DNA of 63,924 bases, the filler included, from Lama guanicoe (taxonomy: Eukaryota), in the NCBI GenBank assembly GCA_013239625.1. It is 212 parts of 212 records of this genome, joined end to end, with 100 filler letters (N's around TTAATTAATTAA, not from the genome) between each part and the next. Parts side by side here need not be neighbours in the genome. Positions count along the whole stretch, not along the records: positions 36,845 to 37,046 come from PNXV01031552.1; positions 37,147 to 37,348 come from PNXV01031553.1; positions 37,449 to 37,650 come from PNXV01031554.1; positions 37,751 to 37,952 come from PNXV01031555.1; positions 38,053 to 38,254 come from PNXV01031556.1; positions 38,355 to 38,556 come from PNXV01031557.1; positions 38,657 to 38,858 come from PNXV01031558.1; positions 38,959 to 39,160 come from PNXV01031559.1; 204 more parts are not named here. One strand, given 5' to 3'. The notes under the pieces are model-generated. The model worked only from the letters and a program-made list of their open reading frames with translations, ran no database searches and had not been told where the DNA came from. The first letter of the stretch is position 1, and every line of letters begins with the position of its first letter. The translations under genes and the position numbers were made by a program. Of the stretch, positions 36,845 to 47,616 are shown one piece after another.

Positions 36845-37046
36845 GAAGTTGTGGTATATTTACACAATGGAATACTACTCAGCCACAAAAAGAATAAGAT
36901 AATACCACTTACAGCAACATGGATGGACCTAAAGATAATCATACTAAGTGAAGTAACCCAGAAGGAAAAAGAAAAATAGCATATGATATCACTTATGTGT
37001 GGAATCTAAAAAAAGAAAGACACAAGTGAACGTATTTACAAAATAG
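36845..37046 (+). mobile_element. L1 ORF2-end/3' UTR fragment
   Basis: ACACAATGGAATACTACTCAGCC...GCAACATGGATGGACCTA...ATACTAAGTGAAGTAA. Confidence 0.92.
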
Positions 37047-38656
37047 NNNNNNNNNNNNNNNNNNNNNNNNNNNNNNNNNNNNNNNNNNNNTTAATTAATT
37101 AANNNNNNNNNNNNNNNNNNNNNNNNNNNNNNNNNNNNNNNNNNNNGGTGAGAGCCCATAGATCAACATGTCCCCCTCTCATCTGGGACTCCCCCAACCC
37201 CAGGGCCTCATTCCACATGTCTTCGCTAAAGGTCCTGTGGGAGCAGAGAAGTCCCCGTGGTGGGCACACATCCTCACATCAGTCCTCAGCCCCCTACCAA
37301 ACTCTTCTCATCTCACATTTCCGCTCCTGAGAATCACATTCACCATCANNNNNNNNNNNNNNNNNNNNNNNNNNNNNNNNNNNNNNNNNNNNTTAATTAA
37401 TTAANNNNNNNNNNNNNNNNNNNNNNNNNNNNNNNNNNNNNNNNNNNNGTGGCTCCGGGGGGATTTCTGAAAGCAGGTGTCAGCGTCTGCTCGGGACACT
37501 TTGGCTGAAGGCTCTTTGAGGTTTTGTGTGTGTGTGGTGGAATGGCATTAGAAAGGAGTTTTGATTGTTTTGTAGAGTGATGTAGGCCCTGCCTTGTGAT
37601 GCACGAGTAAACCTTAGATGTGTTTGCAAGTTGACAGGAGAATACTAGCTNNNNNNNNNNNNNNNNNNNNNNNNNNNNNNNNNNNNNNNNNNNNTTAATT
37701 AATTAANNNNNNNNNNNNNNNNNNNNNNNNNNNNNNNNNNNNNNNNNNNNAGGCTTCACATGTGGTGCCTTAAAACCCGACCTCAGTTCTGCCTCACGAT
37801 ATCCCTGAAATGGTTAAGTCAGCTCAAGGATTACCCCAGACAGATGTGGCTCTAGCTCCACGGAGCTCATTAGGGTCCAGCCATGTACTCCAGTGGTTGC
37901 CCTCAGCTGGTCAGGGCAAAGACAGGACTGGAACTCATGCCCTCCTACCACTNNNNNNNNNNNNNNNNNNNNNNNNNNNNNNNNNNNNNNNNNNNNTTAA
38001 TTAATTAANNNNNNNNNNNNNNNNNNNNNNNNNNNNNNNNNNNNNNNNNNNNCCTTCTATAAATGGAATTCAGAGAAAATTTCAACCTTATCTATAATGA
38101 CCGCCATTTCGACACCTTTATTAAGATATTTTTCACATGCCTTAAATTCATTCCCTTAAAGTACAGAAGGTTTTTTTATATTTTATTATATATGTTACTA
38201 TATTCACAGAGTTGTGAGGTCATCACCGCCAGCTAATCACAGGGCATCTCCGCGNNNNNNNNNNNNNNNNNNNNNNNNNNNNNNNNNNNNNNNNNNNNTT
38301 AATTAATTAANNNNNNNNNNNNNNNNNNNNNNNNNNNNNNNNNNNNNNNNNNNNTTGGGTCTCCTTCCTGAAGGAGACATAATCCCAGTCTTCAGCCAAC
38401 CTAGTCCCAGTATTTAAGTGCATCCAGATAAAAGCTACTGGAGAGAAATGTGTATCTATATGATGTGACAAAAAAATAAAATAAAATAAAACAAACAAAC
38501 CAGTAACGAGCTCTAGTTCTGGCCCAGAGAGACAATGGCTCCAATGGACGGATGCTNNNNNNNNNNNNNNNNNNNNNNNNNNNNNNNNNNNNNNNNNNNN
38601 TTAATTAATTAANNNNNNNNNNNNNNNNNNNNNNNNNNNNNNNNNNNNNNNNNNNN

Positions 38657-38830
38657 CTCTATATCTGTGAGTCTGTTTTCCTTGTTTTGTTATATTCACT
38701 TGCTTGTTTTATTTTTTAGAATCCACATATAAGTGTTAACATACAGTATTTGTCTTTCTCTGTCTTATTTCACTAAGTATAATATCCTCCAGGTTGATAC
38801 ATGCTGTTGCAAATGGAAAAATTTTATTCT
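38657..38830 (-). mobile_element. L1 3' fragment
   Basis: TTTTAGAATCCACATATAAGTG...CAGTATTTGTCTTTCTCTGTC...CATGCTGTTGCAAATGG. Confidence 0.88.
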
Positions 38831-39039
38831 TCAGATAAGTTTTTGTCAATGGAGAGGANNNNNNNNNNNNNNNNNNNNNNNNNNNNNNNNNNNNNNNNNN
38901 NNTTAATTAATTAANNNNNNNNNNNNNNNNNNNNNNNNNNNNNNNNNNNNNNNNNNNNAAACAAGCAAACACGTGTCAGGAACTTAGAACAATGGCTGGT
39001 ATGTTGTCAGTGCTTGAAACACTTTCATTATTGTTATTA

Positions 39040-39112
39040 TTAGATTGAACCAGGTGAAATTGACAACACATTTTTGACCTACAAAAGCAGCAATTGTATG
39101 TGATTCACCTAA
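39040..39112. mobile_element. MADE2-like mariner MITE with TA target duplication
   Basis: TA|TTAGATTGAACCAGGTGAAATTG...TTTTTGACCTACAAAA...CAATTGTATGTGATTCACCTAA|TA with degenerate terminal inverted repeats. Confidence 0.75.
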
Positions 39113-40468
39113 TACTGTTATTTTTGCTAGGGAGCAAAGGTGCAGGGTCATGTTCACTCCNNNNNNNNNNNNNNNNNNNNNNNNNNNNNNNNNNNNNNNN
39201 NNNNTTAATTAATTAANNNNNNNNNNNNNNNNNNNNNNNNNNNNNNNNNNNNNNNNNNNNGGACTTTGCCATAGGTTTGAATTTCCTGTGACTCTCCTGA
39301 ATGCTCTGGATCAGACCCCAGTAATGTTGCATGAAGATGAAGTAGAGAGAATTCAAAGCGCTGAGAGAAAAAAAATGAATCAGGAATTAACTTGCTATGT
39401 GACCTTGGAAAAGTTACTATCCCTTTTGGAGAGTTAATTTTATCCTCAGTAGAAAAAGCAGTNNNNNNNNNNNNNNNNNNNNNNNNNNNNNNNNNNNNNN
39501 NNNNNNTTAATTAATTAANNNNNNNNNNNNNNNNNNNNNNNNNNNNNNNNNNNNNNNNNNNNTCAGGGAAGAAATAAGGAGAACTAAAATGTTGTTCTTT
39601 TAATCTGCAGTGTAAGTACAGTTTGTTCATGTATAAATTTTGGAAAGAACCTGTCACGTCGTTCATCCCAATTTAAAAGACTTTTTAATAATTGTTGTCT
39701 CTTAATTTAACATACTTTTATAAAAAGTATCTCTTTTTGGGAAAATCCTCATATACACACTCCANNNNNNNNNNNNNNNNNNNNNNNNNNNNNNNNNNNN
39801 NNNNNNNNTTAATTAATTAANNNNNNNNNNNNNNNNNNNNNNNNNNNNNNNNNNNNNNNNNNNNTTTTTTCAACATTGCCATGATTTATGCTTGTTTGTC
39901 AGTGTGAATATATAAATACATATTAAATATACACACCTATATAGTTCTGCATATTTTATATGTATATATGTATACATATATATGTATATGTATATATGTT
40001 GCTAATTTATAACATTACAGAAAGGATGTCATCACTCTATAATGGGAAACAGTGACATATTGAATGNNNNNNNNNNNNNNNNNNNNNNNNNNNNNNNNNN
40101 NNNNNNNNNNTTAATTAATTAANNNNNNNNNNNNNNNNNNNNNNNNNNNNNNNNNNNNNNNNNNNNGGACAGAATTTTTACAACAGACTGTGTTGTTCAT
40201 TTCACGACGGAAAAGATAATATAGAAATTTTGCTCAGATCTATTTTAAAATTAAGCTTGGAATTTTTAAAAGAATTCTAGAAACCATACAAAGATCTTTG
40301 TCACTAATTTTAGACACTTTATTTTAGACACTTTATGGTTACATAGCAGGGTAACTTACCAAGTAGTTNNNNNNNNNNNNNNNNNNNNNNNNNNNNNNNN
40401 NNNNNNNNNNNNTTAATTAATTAANNNNNNNNNNNNNNNNNNNNNNNNNNNNNNNNNNNNNNNNNNNN

Positions 40469-40620
40469 ACAGCACAGGAAACTATATTCAATGCCTTGTA
40501 ATAAAATATAATGAAAAATAATATAAAAAGAACATATGATATATAACTTAATCACCATGCTGTACGCCAGAAGCTAACACAATGCTGTAAACCAACTGTA
40601 CTTCAACTAAAAAAAAAAAA
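40469..40620 (+). mobile_element. L1 3' terminus with poly-A
   Basis: AGCACAGGAAACTATATTCAAT...CTGTACGCCAGAAGCTAACACAATGCTGTAAACCAACTGTACTTCAACTAAAAAAAA. Confidence 0.88.
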
Positions 40621-41374
40621 CAAAGCAGATCCTTTAGAAGTTAGTTTCACTAGACAAAAATAATCTGTGANNNNNNNNNNNNNNNNNNNNNNNNNNNNNN
40701 NNNNNNNNNNNNNNTTAATTAATTAANNNNNNNNNNNNNNNNNNNNNNNNNNNNNNNNNNNNNNNNNNNNATATTTGTCCGGTTAGAAAAAAAAGAGAAG
40801 AGATTGAAAGAATAAACATTCTGCACATATCGTCCCCACCAACCTTCTCTTGCCTCCCTGTGGGCCTTCTTCCTCAGGGTGGTCACCGATGGTCACAAGC
40901 GAGCAGGTAGAGCGCCAAGCAGTAGGTCCCAATAACCGTGCCACAAACAGAAAGGAAGTGGGCAAGAAAAACNNNNNNNNNNNNNNNNNNNNNNNNNNNN
41001 NNNNNNNNNNNNNNNNTTAATTAATTAANNNNNNNNNNNNNNNNNNNNNNNNNNNNNNNNNNNNNNNNNNNNTTGCTCCGGTGCCCAGTCAGTTTGCCGG
41101 CCAGACGTGGCCACTGTGATGCCACTTCCTTGTGGAGCTGCTGGCAGAGGTCTGCACGGTCGCTGCCCCGCTCTTGCCGGCCCTGGTCTCTGGGCCGTGG
41201 GCAGCCTCGGCGGTTTCTTCCACCTGCCCCTCTCCTTCCTCTGAATTCCCACCTCGAGAAACTTGAAATGGCTGNNNNNNNNNNNNNNNNNNNNNNNNNN
41301 NNNNNNNNNNNNNNNNNNTTAATTAATTAANNNNNNNNNNNNNNNNNNNNNNNNNNNNNNNNNNNNNNNNNNNN

Positions 41375-41490
41375 CAGCTGTATGCTGCACATGAGAGACT
41401 CGAGCTTCAAAAGCACACAGAGGCTCAAAGAGATGGAAAAAGATATTCCATGCAAACAGCAACCAAAAGAGAATGTGGTGTCTATAAGCT
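41375..41490 (+). mobile_element. L1 ORF2 endonuclease-region fragment
   Basis: TATGCTGCACATGAGAGACTC...GATGGAAAAAGATATTCCATGCAAACAGCAACCAAAAGAGA (W.KIFHAN.NQKR). Confidence 0.8.
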
Positions 41491-41769
41491 TAACAACACA
41501 GGCTTGAACTTCACGAGTCCACTTACATACTACACTGGTGTTGCTTTCATTTCTTTCTTTTTGAAAATTTTTTTTTNNNNNNNNNNNNNNNNNNNNNNNN
41601 NNNNNNNNNNNNNNNNNNNNTTAATTAATTAANNNNNNNNNNNNNNNNNNNNNNNNNNNNNNNNNNNNNNNNNNNNAGCAGGCAAGAGCAGGGACAGACT
41701 TGCATGATGTCACAGAACTACATGTGTTAGTGAGGGCAGAGCAGGGGAAGAGATGAACGATAAACCTAT

Positions 41770-41878
41770 TGGCTGAGAAGTCCCACAGTCTGTTGTCTGC
41801 AGCTGGTGGTGGTCGTTCAAGGACCTGGAAGCCAGAGAACCAACGTTGGAGATTTCAGTCTGAGTCTGAAGGCCTGAG
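41770..41878 (-). mobile_element. MLT2 LTR fragment
   Basis: GGCTGAGAAGTCCCACAGTCTGTTGTCTGCAGCTGG...CAGTCTGAGTCTGAAGGCCTGAG. Confidence 0.7.
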
Positions 41879-42280
41879 NNNNNNNNNNNNNNNNNNNNNN
41901 NNNNNNNNNNNNNNNNNNNNNNTTAATTAATTAANNNNNNNNNNNNNNNNNNNNNNNNNNNNNNNNNNNNNNNNNNNNGTGCTGTTCTGAGACACCTGCA
42001 TCAGACGCTGGAGAGAAGTTTGCTGACGCTCACCGGCGCTGGTCCTCTGTTCACTGGGGTGTGTCGGTGGGTGGGAGGCGTAACGGACCCTTCTTGGTTT
42101 TTATCTTTGTATTTTAAAACTTTCACTCACCGTGTTTAGGCATTTAAAGAGCTCTAATTTGAATACATTTGTCTCTAAAANNNNNNNNNNNNNNNNNNNN
42201 NNNNNNNNNNNNNNNNNNNNNNNNTTAATTAATTAANNNNNNNNNNNNNNNNNNNNNNNNNNNNNNNNNNNNNNNNNNNN

Positions 42281-42482
42281 TGAGTGGATGGACGGCTTTA
42301 AATGTGGGTGGATGAGTAGATGGGTGGGCGGATGGGTAGGTGGATGAGTGGATGGATGAGTGAATAGGTAGATGGGTGGGTGGATGAGTGGATGGGTGGG
42401 TGGACGGGTGGGTGGATGAGTGGATGGGTGGATGGATGGGTGGGTGGATGGGTGGATGAGTGGATGGGCGGGTGGATGGGTG
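42281..42482. repeat. Degenerate (GGAT/GGGT)n tetranucleotide repeat
   Basis: The whole contig consists of TGGA/TGGG/TGAG units. Confidence 0.95.
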
Positions 42483-42624
42483 NNNNNNNNNNNNNNNNNN
42501 NNNNNNNNNNNNNNNNNNNNNNNNNNTTAATTAATTAANNNNNNNNNNNNNNNNNNNNNNNNNNNNNNNNNNNNNNNNNNNNAGGAGTCCTTTTGGAGCA
42601 CACCTGAGTTCGTGCTATGACATT

Positions 42625-42784
42625 ATTATCGGACCAAACTTGGATCCGCTTGCCAGCGTGCAGTAAAGCCAATCTACTGACACCAGGTTGTACCGAAGGA
42701 AAGTACAGCATTTATTACAGGCGCCAAGAAAGGAAAACAGGGAAGCTAGTGCTTAAAAGGCCCTGATTCCCCAGTGGTTTTCAG
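42625..42784 (-). mobile_element. ERV1 LTR (MER41-like) end
   Basis: ACCAAACTTGGATCCGCTTGCC..CGTGCAGTAAAGCCAATCTACTGACACCAGGTTGT..GAAGGAAAGTACAGCATTTATT. Confidence 0.65.
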
Positions 42785-43186
42785 NNNNNNNNNNNNNNNN
42801 NNNNNNNNNNNNNNNNNNNNNNNNNNNNTTAATTAATTAANNNNNNNNNNNNNNNNNNNNNNNNNNNNNNNNNNNNNNNNNNNNCAGCTGCTCTGCTGTC
42901 CCCTTCCCTCCACCCCAGAGGCCCTGGTCCCTACTGTTTGCCTGATTGGTTTCTACCCATCCTTGGGGTGAGGAGCTCAGGTGAAATGTCACATCTTCAG
43001 GGAGGCCTTACCTGCATCCTGAGACCAGGTGCAGCCTCCCAATTACAGTCCCATGGCCCTGATTTAATTTGTGGTGACTATGACACNNNNNNNNNNNNNN
43101 NNNNNNNNNNNNNNNNNNNNNNNNNNNNNNTTAATTAATTAANNNNNNNNNNNNNNNNNNNNNNNNNNNNNNNNNNNNNNNNNNNN

Positions 43187-43293
43187 GATGCTGCAGATCC
43201 TGGCGGCTCAGGAGAGGAACGCTGGCATCTATGCCTGCCGAGCTGTCGATGAGTTGGGCGACACCTTGGCAGATGTCTGGCTGGAAGTTGGAC
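43187..43293 (+). pseudogene. HMCN2: HMCN2 (hemicentin-2)-like Ig-domain exon, 3' part, apparently degenerate
   Basis: Reads MLQILAAQERNAGIYACRAVDELGDTLADVWLEVG versus recalled HMCN2 [35 protein letters not shown]. The Ig Y-x-C motif is kept, but the expected phase-1 donor reads TTGAGT at 43294. Confidence 0.6.
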
Positions 43294-44394
43294 TTGAGTG
43301 TACACCTTGTCCCCACCTGCCACCCCTCCCTACCACCTGCCCTACCCCTGAGCAGGGAAGAGAGAACGTAGCCACGTAGCCTGCCAGTNNNNNNNNNNNN
43401 NNNNNNNNNNNNNNNNNNNNNNNNNNNNNNNNTTAATTAATTAANNNNNNNNNNNNNNNNNNNNNNNNNNNNNNNNNNNNNNNNNNNNATGATATTTTCA
43501 ATCATGTTTTGGCTTACAGATTCAATGAAATTTGGGAACATATCTCATTAATGTATGAAGTGGTTTTAATATGACTACCATTACATATATAGCTTTTAAT
43601 ATGGGGGTATTTTCTGTATGCTTTCCCATAACATTTTAGATATTTGTCTCATATATGTGAGCAACTTTGTCTTTTACTGTGAAAGAGCAGNNNNNNNNNN
43701 NNNNNNNNNNNNNNNNNNNNNNNNNNNNNNNNNNTTAATTAATTAANNNNNNNNNNNNNNNNNNNNNNNNNNNNNNNNNNNNNNNNNNNNCAGCCTCTTG
43801 TCTCATGATATCATACAGTAAGTCCCTCTGAGATACTAATTAGAGATTTTGTGTTTGCCTTCGTGTGTTATTCAGCTTTTTTTCCTTTGAATTAAGTGTT
43901 TGCTTTGAGTTTTTAATCTTCTTTTCTTTTGGGGGACAAAGGGGACATGTTTCTTCCAAGTTATAGGTTTTCCTCAAACAGCCCCAGATCGTNNNNNNNN
44001 NNNNNNNNNNNNNNNNNNNNNNNNNNNNNNNNNNNNTTAATTAATTAANNNNNNNNNNNNNNNNNNNNNNNNNNNNNNNNNNNNNNNNNNNNTGGCCCTG
44101 TGCAGTAGCTGTTTATAAGCGGCAAGGCCACTTTTCTAGTTCTGAAGGGAGCGAAACAAGGCAGAGAGTTGCCAGTGGGATTGCTAATGTTTGTGCATGA
44201 CACGCTCAGATTTTGATGGGAAAGAAAAAGGCAGCCTCTCTATATGTTCAGGTGATTAGAAGGAAATTAATTTTTCTCAATTGAAAATTTTACTNNNNNN
44301 NNNNNNNNNNNNNNNNNNNNNNNNNNNNNNNNNNNNNNTTAATTAATTAANNNNNNNNNNNNNNNNNNNNNNNNNNNNNNNNNNNNNNNNNNNN

Positions 44395-44596
44395 TTTCAA
44401 ACTGGGTTACTTGTCTTTTTGCAGTTGAGTTACAGGGGTTCTCCGTATATTCTGGATGACAAAGCCTTATAAGATGTATGATTAGCAAATACTTTCTCCC
44501 ATTCTCTGGCTGGTCTCTTCACTCCCTTGGCAGTGTCCTTTGATGCGCAAAAAGTTTTTTAGTCTCGATGAAGTTCAATTTACCCAATTTTCCTTT
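44395..44596 (-). mobile_element. L1 ORF2 3' fragment
   Basis: TATATTCTGGAT...CCTTATAAGATGTATGATTAGCAAATACTTTCTCCCATTCT...GTCCTTTGATGCGCAAAAAGTTTT. Confidence 0.85.
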
Positions 44597-46508
44597 NNNN
44601 NNNNNNNNNNNNNNNNNNNNNNNNNNNNNNNNNNNNNNNNTTAATTAATTAANNNNNNNNNNNNNNNNNNNNNNNNNNNNNNNNNNNNNNNNNNNNACCA
44701 GAGATGTCTAAGGAGTGACAATGTAAGCAATCTTTTATCCAGACAATTGCGTCTGGAAAGTGCCAATTTGAATTATTATCAGAGGTAGCTCATGTAAATA
44801 AAACCAAATATTGTGCAATATTTCAAACTGCCAGAAAACAGAAGAAAGAACTCCAACTTCCAATCTGTTATTTAGTGTCATCATAGCAATTATTTATCNN
44901 NNNNNNNNNNNNNNNNNNNNNNNNNNNNNNNNNNNNNNNNNNTTAATTAATTAANNNNNNNNNNNNNNNNNNNNNNNNNNNNNNNNNNNNNNNNNNNNGT
45001 TGGAGGAACCTCCCCACACTCAGGATTCCGGAACCATTGTCATTGAGCAGGGGAGCTCGAGAGATAACTCCATGCAGCTCTCTTCAGTCACAGGTGATCC
45101 CTGCTTGGGGAAGTCCGAGAAAAATCTTCCCTGACCTTTGTGAGGCAGCCACTGTCAATGTGATTTCCTGCAAACCCCCCTAGCATTCCCTGGCACAGAG
45201 NNNNNNNNNNNNNNNNNNNNNNNNNNNNNNNNNNNNNNNNNNNNTTAATTAATTAANNNNNNNNNNNNNNNNNNNNNNNNNNNNNNNNNNNNNNNNNNNN
45301 TAGGTGGCATCTGAGTCCTCCAGCCGTGAGGGAGAGTTGTCACCCAGCGGGTCTCTCCCTGCAAGCCTGGGTGTGGATGAGAGTTCTCCCCACCGCGGGG
45401 GTCCCTTCCATCCTTCGTGCTGCGAGGTTGGCCTCTTGTCTCTCCTTTCAGACGCGGGGCTGGCCTCCCTCCTGCCCGAACTTCACCCTGCTCCGGTCTG
45501 CTNNNNNNNNNNNNNNNNNNNNNNNNNNNNNNNNNNNNNNNNNNNNTTAATTAATTAANNNNNNNNNNNNNNNNNNNNNNNNNNNNNNNNNNNNNNNNNN
45601 NNCCGCCCCCCGAGAGGGGCTTGTCTCCATGAGGCACCAGGCCCTGCCAATGAGTGAGCAAGTCAGCCCAGCCCGGCCTGGCCAGCGACACAGCCTCCCT
45701 CCTTCCCGGCTCTGCAGAGCGGCAGCCCCATGAATGGTCCCCCTTCCTGACAACAAGGAGGGATCGCCTGGCTGGGGCGCTGGCTGATAAACAGTGATGG
45801 ATGGNNNNNNNNNNNNNNNNNNNNNNNNNNNNNNNNNNNNNNNNNNNNTTAATTAATTAANNNNNNNNNNNNNNNNNNNNNNNNNNNNNNNNNNNNNNNN
45901 NNNNGGAGTTTGTATTTTCTACTCTTCACCCACCTGGGACTTTTCATCCTGGTCGTTAATCTGCTCATCTCATGCTAGTAGGACGTGGCCCGTGTGCCAG
46001 GCGCGGGCCTGGTTGCTAACATTCAGCCATGAGAAGACTCAGTCTTAGAGGCTTATTTTCTAGTGGAGGAAATTGATAATTAAAAGGCAGTGCAGTATGT
46101 GAAATANNNNNNNNNNNNNNNNNNNNNNNNNNNNNNNNNNNNNNNNNNNNTTAATTAATTAANNNNNNNNNNNNNNNNNNNNNNNNNNNNNNNNNNNNNN
46201 NNNNNNAGGTGTCCAGAGGAACTTTCTACTAATACATTCTCAGTCTTGAATGTTCACTTCAAAGCAATCATGCAGAACATGCGTTAAGTTGTCTAAAGTT
46301 GAAAAACTTGCCTTATAATAATTTAAAGCAGCAACTTCACTTAAAGATGCTCATATCATAACCCTGGGTGTGGTAAACTAGAATCATCATGAAAATCACT
46401 TCCTTAATNNNNNNNNNNNNNNNNNNNNNNNNNNNNNNNNNNNNNNNNNNNNTTAATTAATTAANNNNNNNNNNNNNNNNNNNNNNNNNNNNNNNNNNNN
46501 NNNNNNNN

Positions 46509-46710
46509 GGGAGGGGAGGTAACTCAGCAATATTGAACCTAACAGAGACATTAAAAGGTTCTACTCAAAACAGAAAGAAGCAGGATGCTATAGAAACAGG
46601 AAAACCATAGTTGGAATTGCAATAATGAGTTACAAGAGATTAAACATGAAGATATAAAAAAGAAAAAGGACATCAAAATAAAAAAGGTGGGAATGGGAGA
46701 GGGGAGCAAG
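46509..46710 (+). mobile_element. Probable L1 inter-ORF fragment
   Basis: Similar to 1511-1712; A-rich. Confidence 0.45.
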
Positions 46711-47112
46711 NNNNNNNNNNNNNNNNNNNNNNNNNNNNNNNNNNNNNNNNNNNNTTAATTAATTAANNNNNNNNNNNNNNNNNNNNNNNNNNNNNNNNNN
46801 NNNNNNNNNNAAAAAAAAATAACTTATTTTACTCAGACCTAAATGGATATTACATTAATCACCAGGAATCAACGTGATCAGGACTATGCACAGGAAAAAA
46901 ATCAAACACCAAAACAAAACAAAAAACAAGCAATAGCCTGCAGGCACAGAATTATAGCTGCAGAGTTTCTTGGAACCCTTAGAACATAATGCCCAGAAAG
47001 ATAAAATATCTTNNNNNNNNNNNNNNNNNNNNNNNNNNNNNNNNNNNNNNNNNNNNTTAATTAATTAANNNNNNNNNNNNNNNNNNNNNNNNNNNNNNNN
47101 NNNNNNNNNNNN

Positions 47113-47270
47113 CTGAGTTCCCTTTGGGGCGCGGTTTGGGTGGCAGCAGAGGCCGGGGTGCTGCTCGTCTCCATCCCAAGTGCCCTCCGCTCACCGTCGG
47201 GGGCAGCTGATGACTTGATGGCCGCAGCATCCTTTGTTTGCTGATACGGTCGGCGATAGTTTTCATTCAC
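47113..47270 (-). mobile_element. ERV1-type LTR terminus
   Basis: GCTGATGACTTGATGGCCGCAGCATCCTTTGTTTGCTGATA...TTTTCATTCAC; same family as 29899-30012. Confidence 0.7.
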
Positions 47271-47414
47271 GAGGTTAAGCAGGTAAGACAATGAGGTGCA
47301 TTACAAACAAACAANNNNNNNNNNNNNNNNNNNNNNNNNNNNNNNNNNNNNNNNNNNNTTAATTAATTAANNNNNNNNNNNNNNNNNNNNNNNNNNNNNN
47401 NNNNNNNNNNNNNN

Positions 47415-47616
47415 ATATATTGAGAGAGATTTGGGTTACATGGTTACAAGCATTTGTCAGATTCGTCAGTGATTGAACAGAAGACTTGTGTGTTTCATTG
47501 TATGCAAATTTTGTATCAAAAGGAAAACTGTAAATATTGAACAATTAATGATATACGTGCTAAAGTATTTATGAGGAAGTGTCTGTTTACTTTGCAATGT
47601 GTCAAAAAATAAGATG
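47415..47616 (+). mobile_element. L1MC/L1ME 3' UTR fragment
   Basis: TTGGGTTACA...GCATTTGTCAGATTCGTC...TGTGTTTCATTGTATGCAAATTTT...AAATATTGAAC. Confidence 0.65.

Noticed and set aside
40307..40334. 14-bp tandem duplication ATTTTAGACACTTT x2
   Set aside because: An ordinary slippage duplication with no functional signal.
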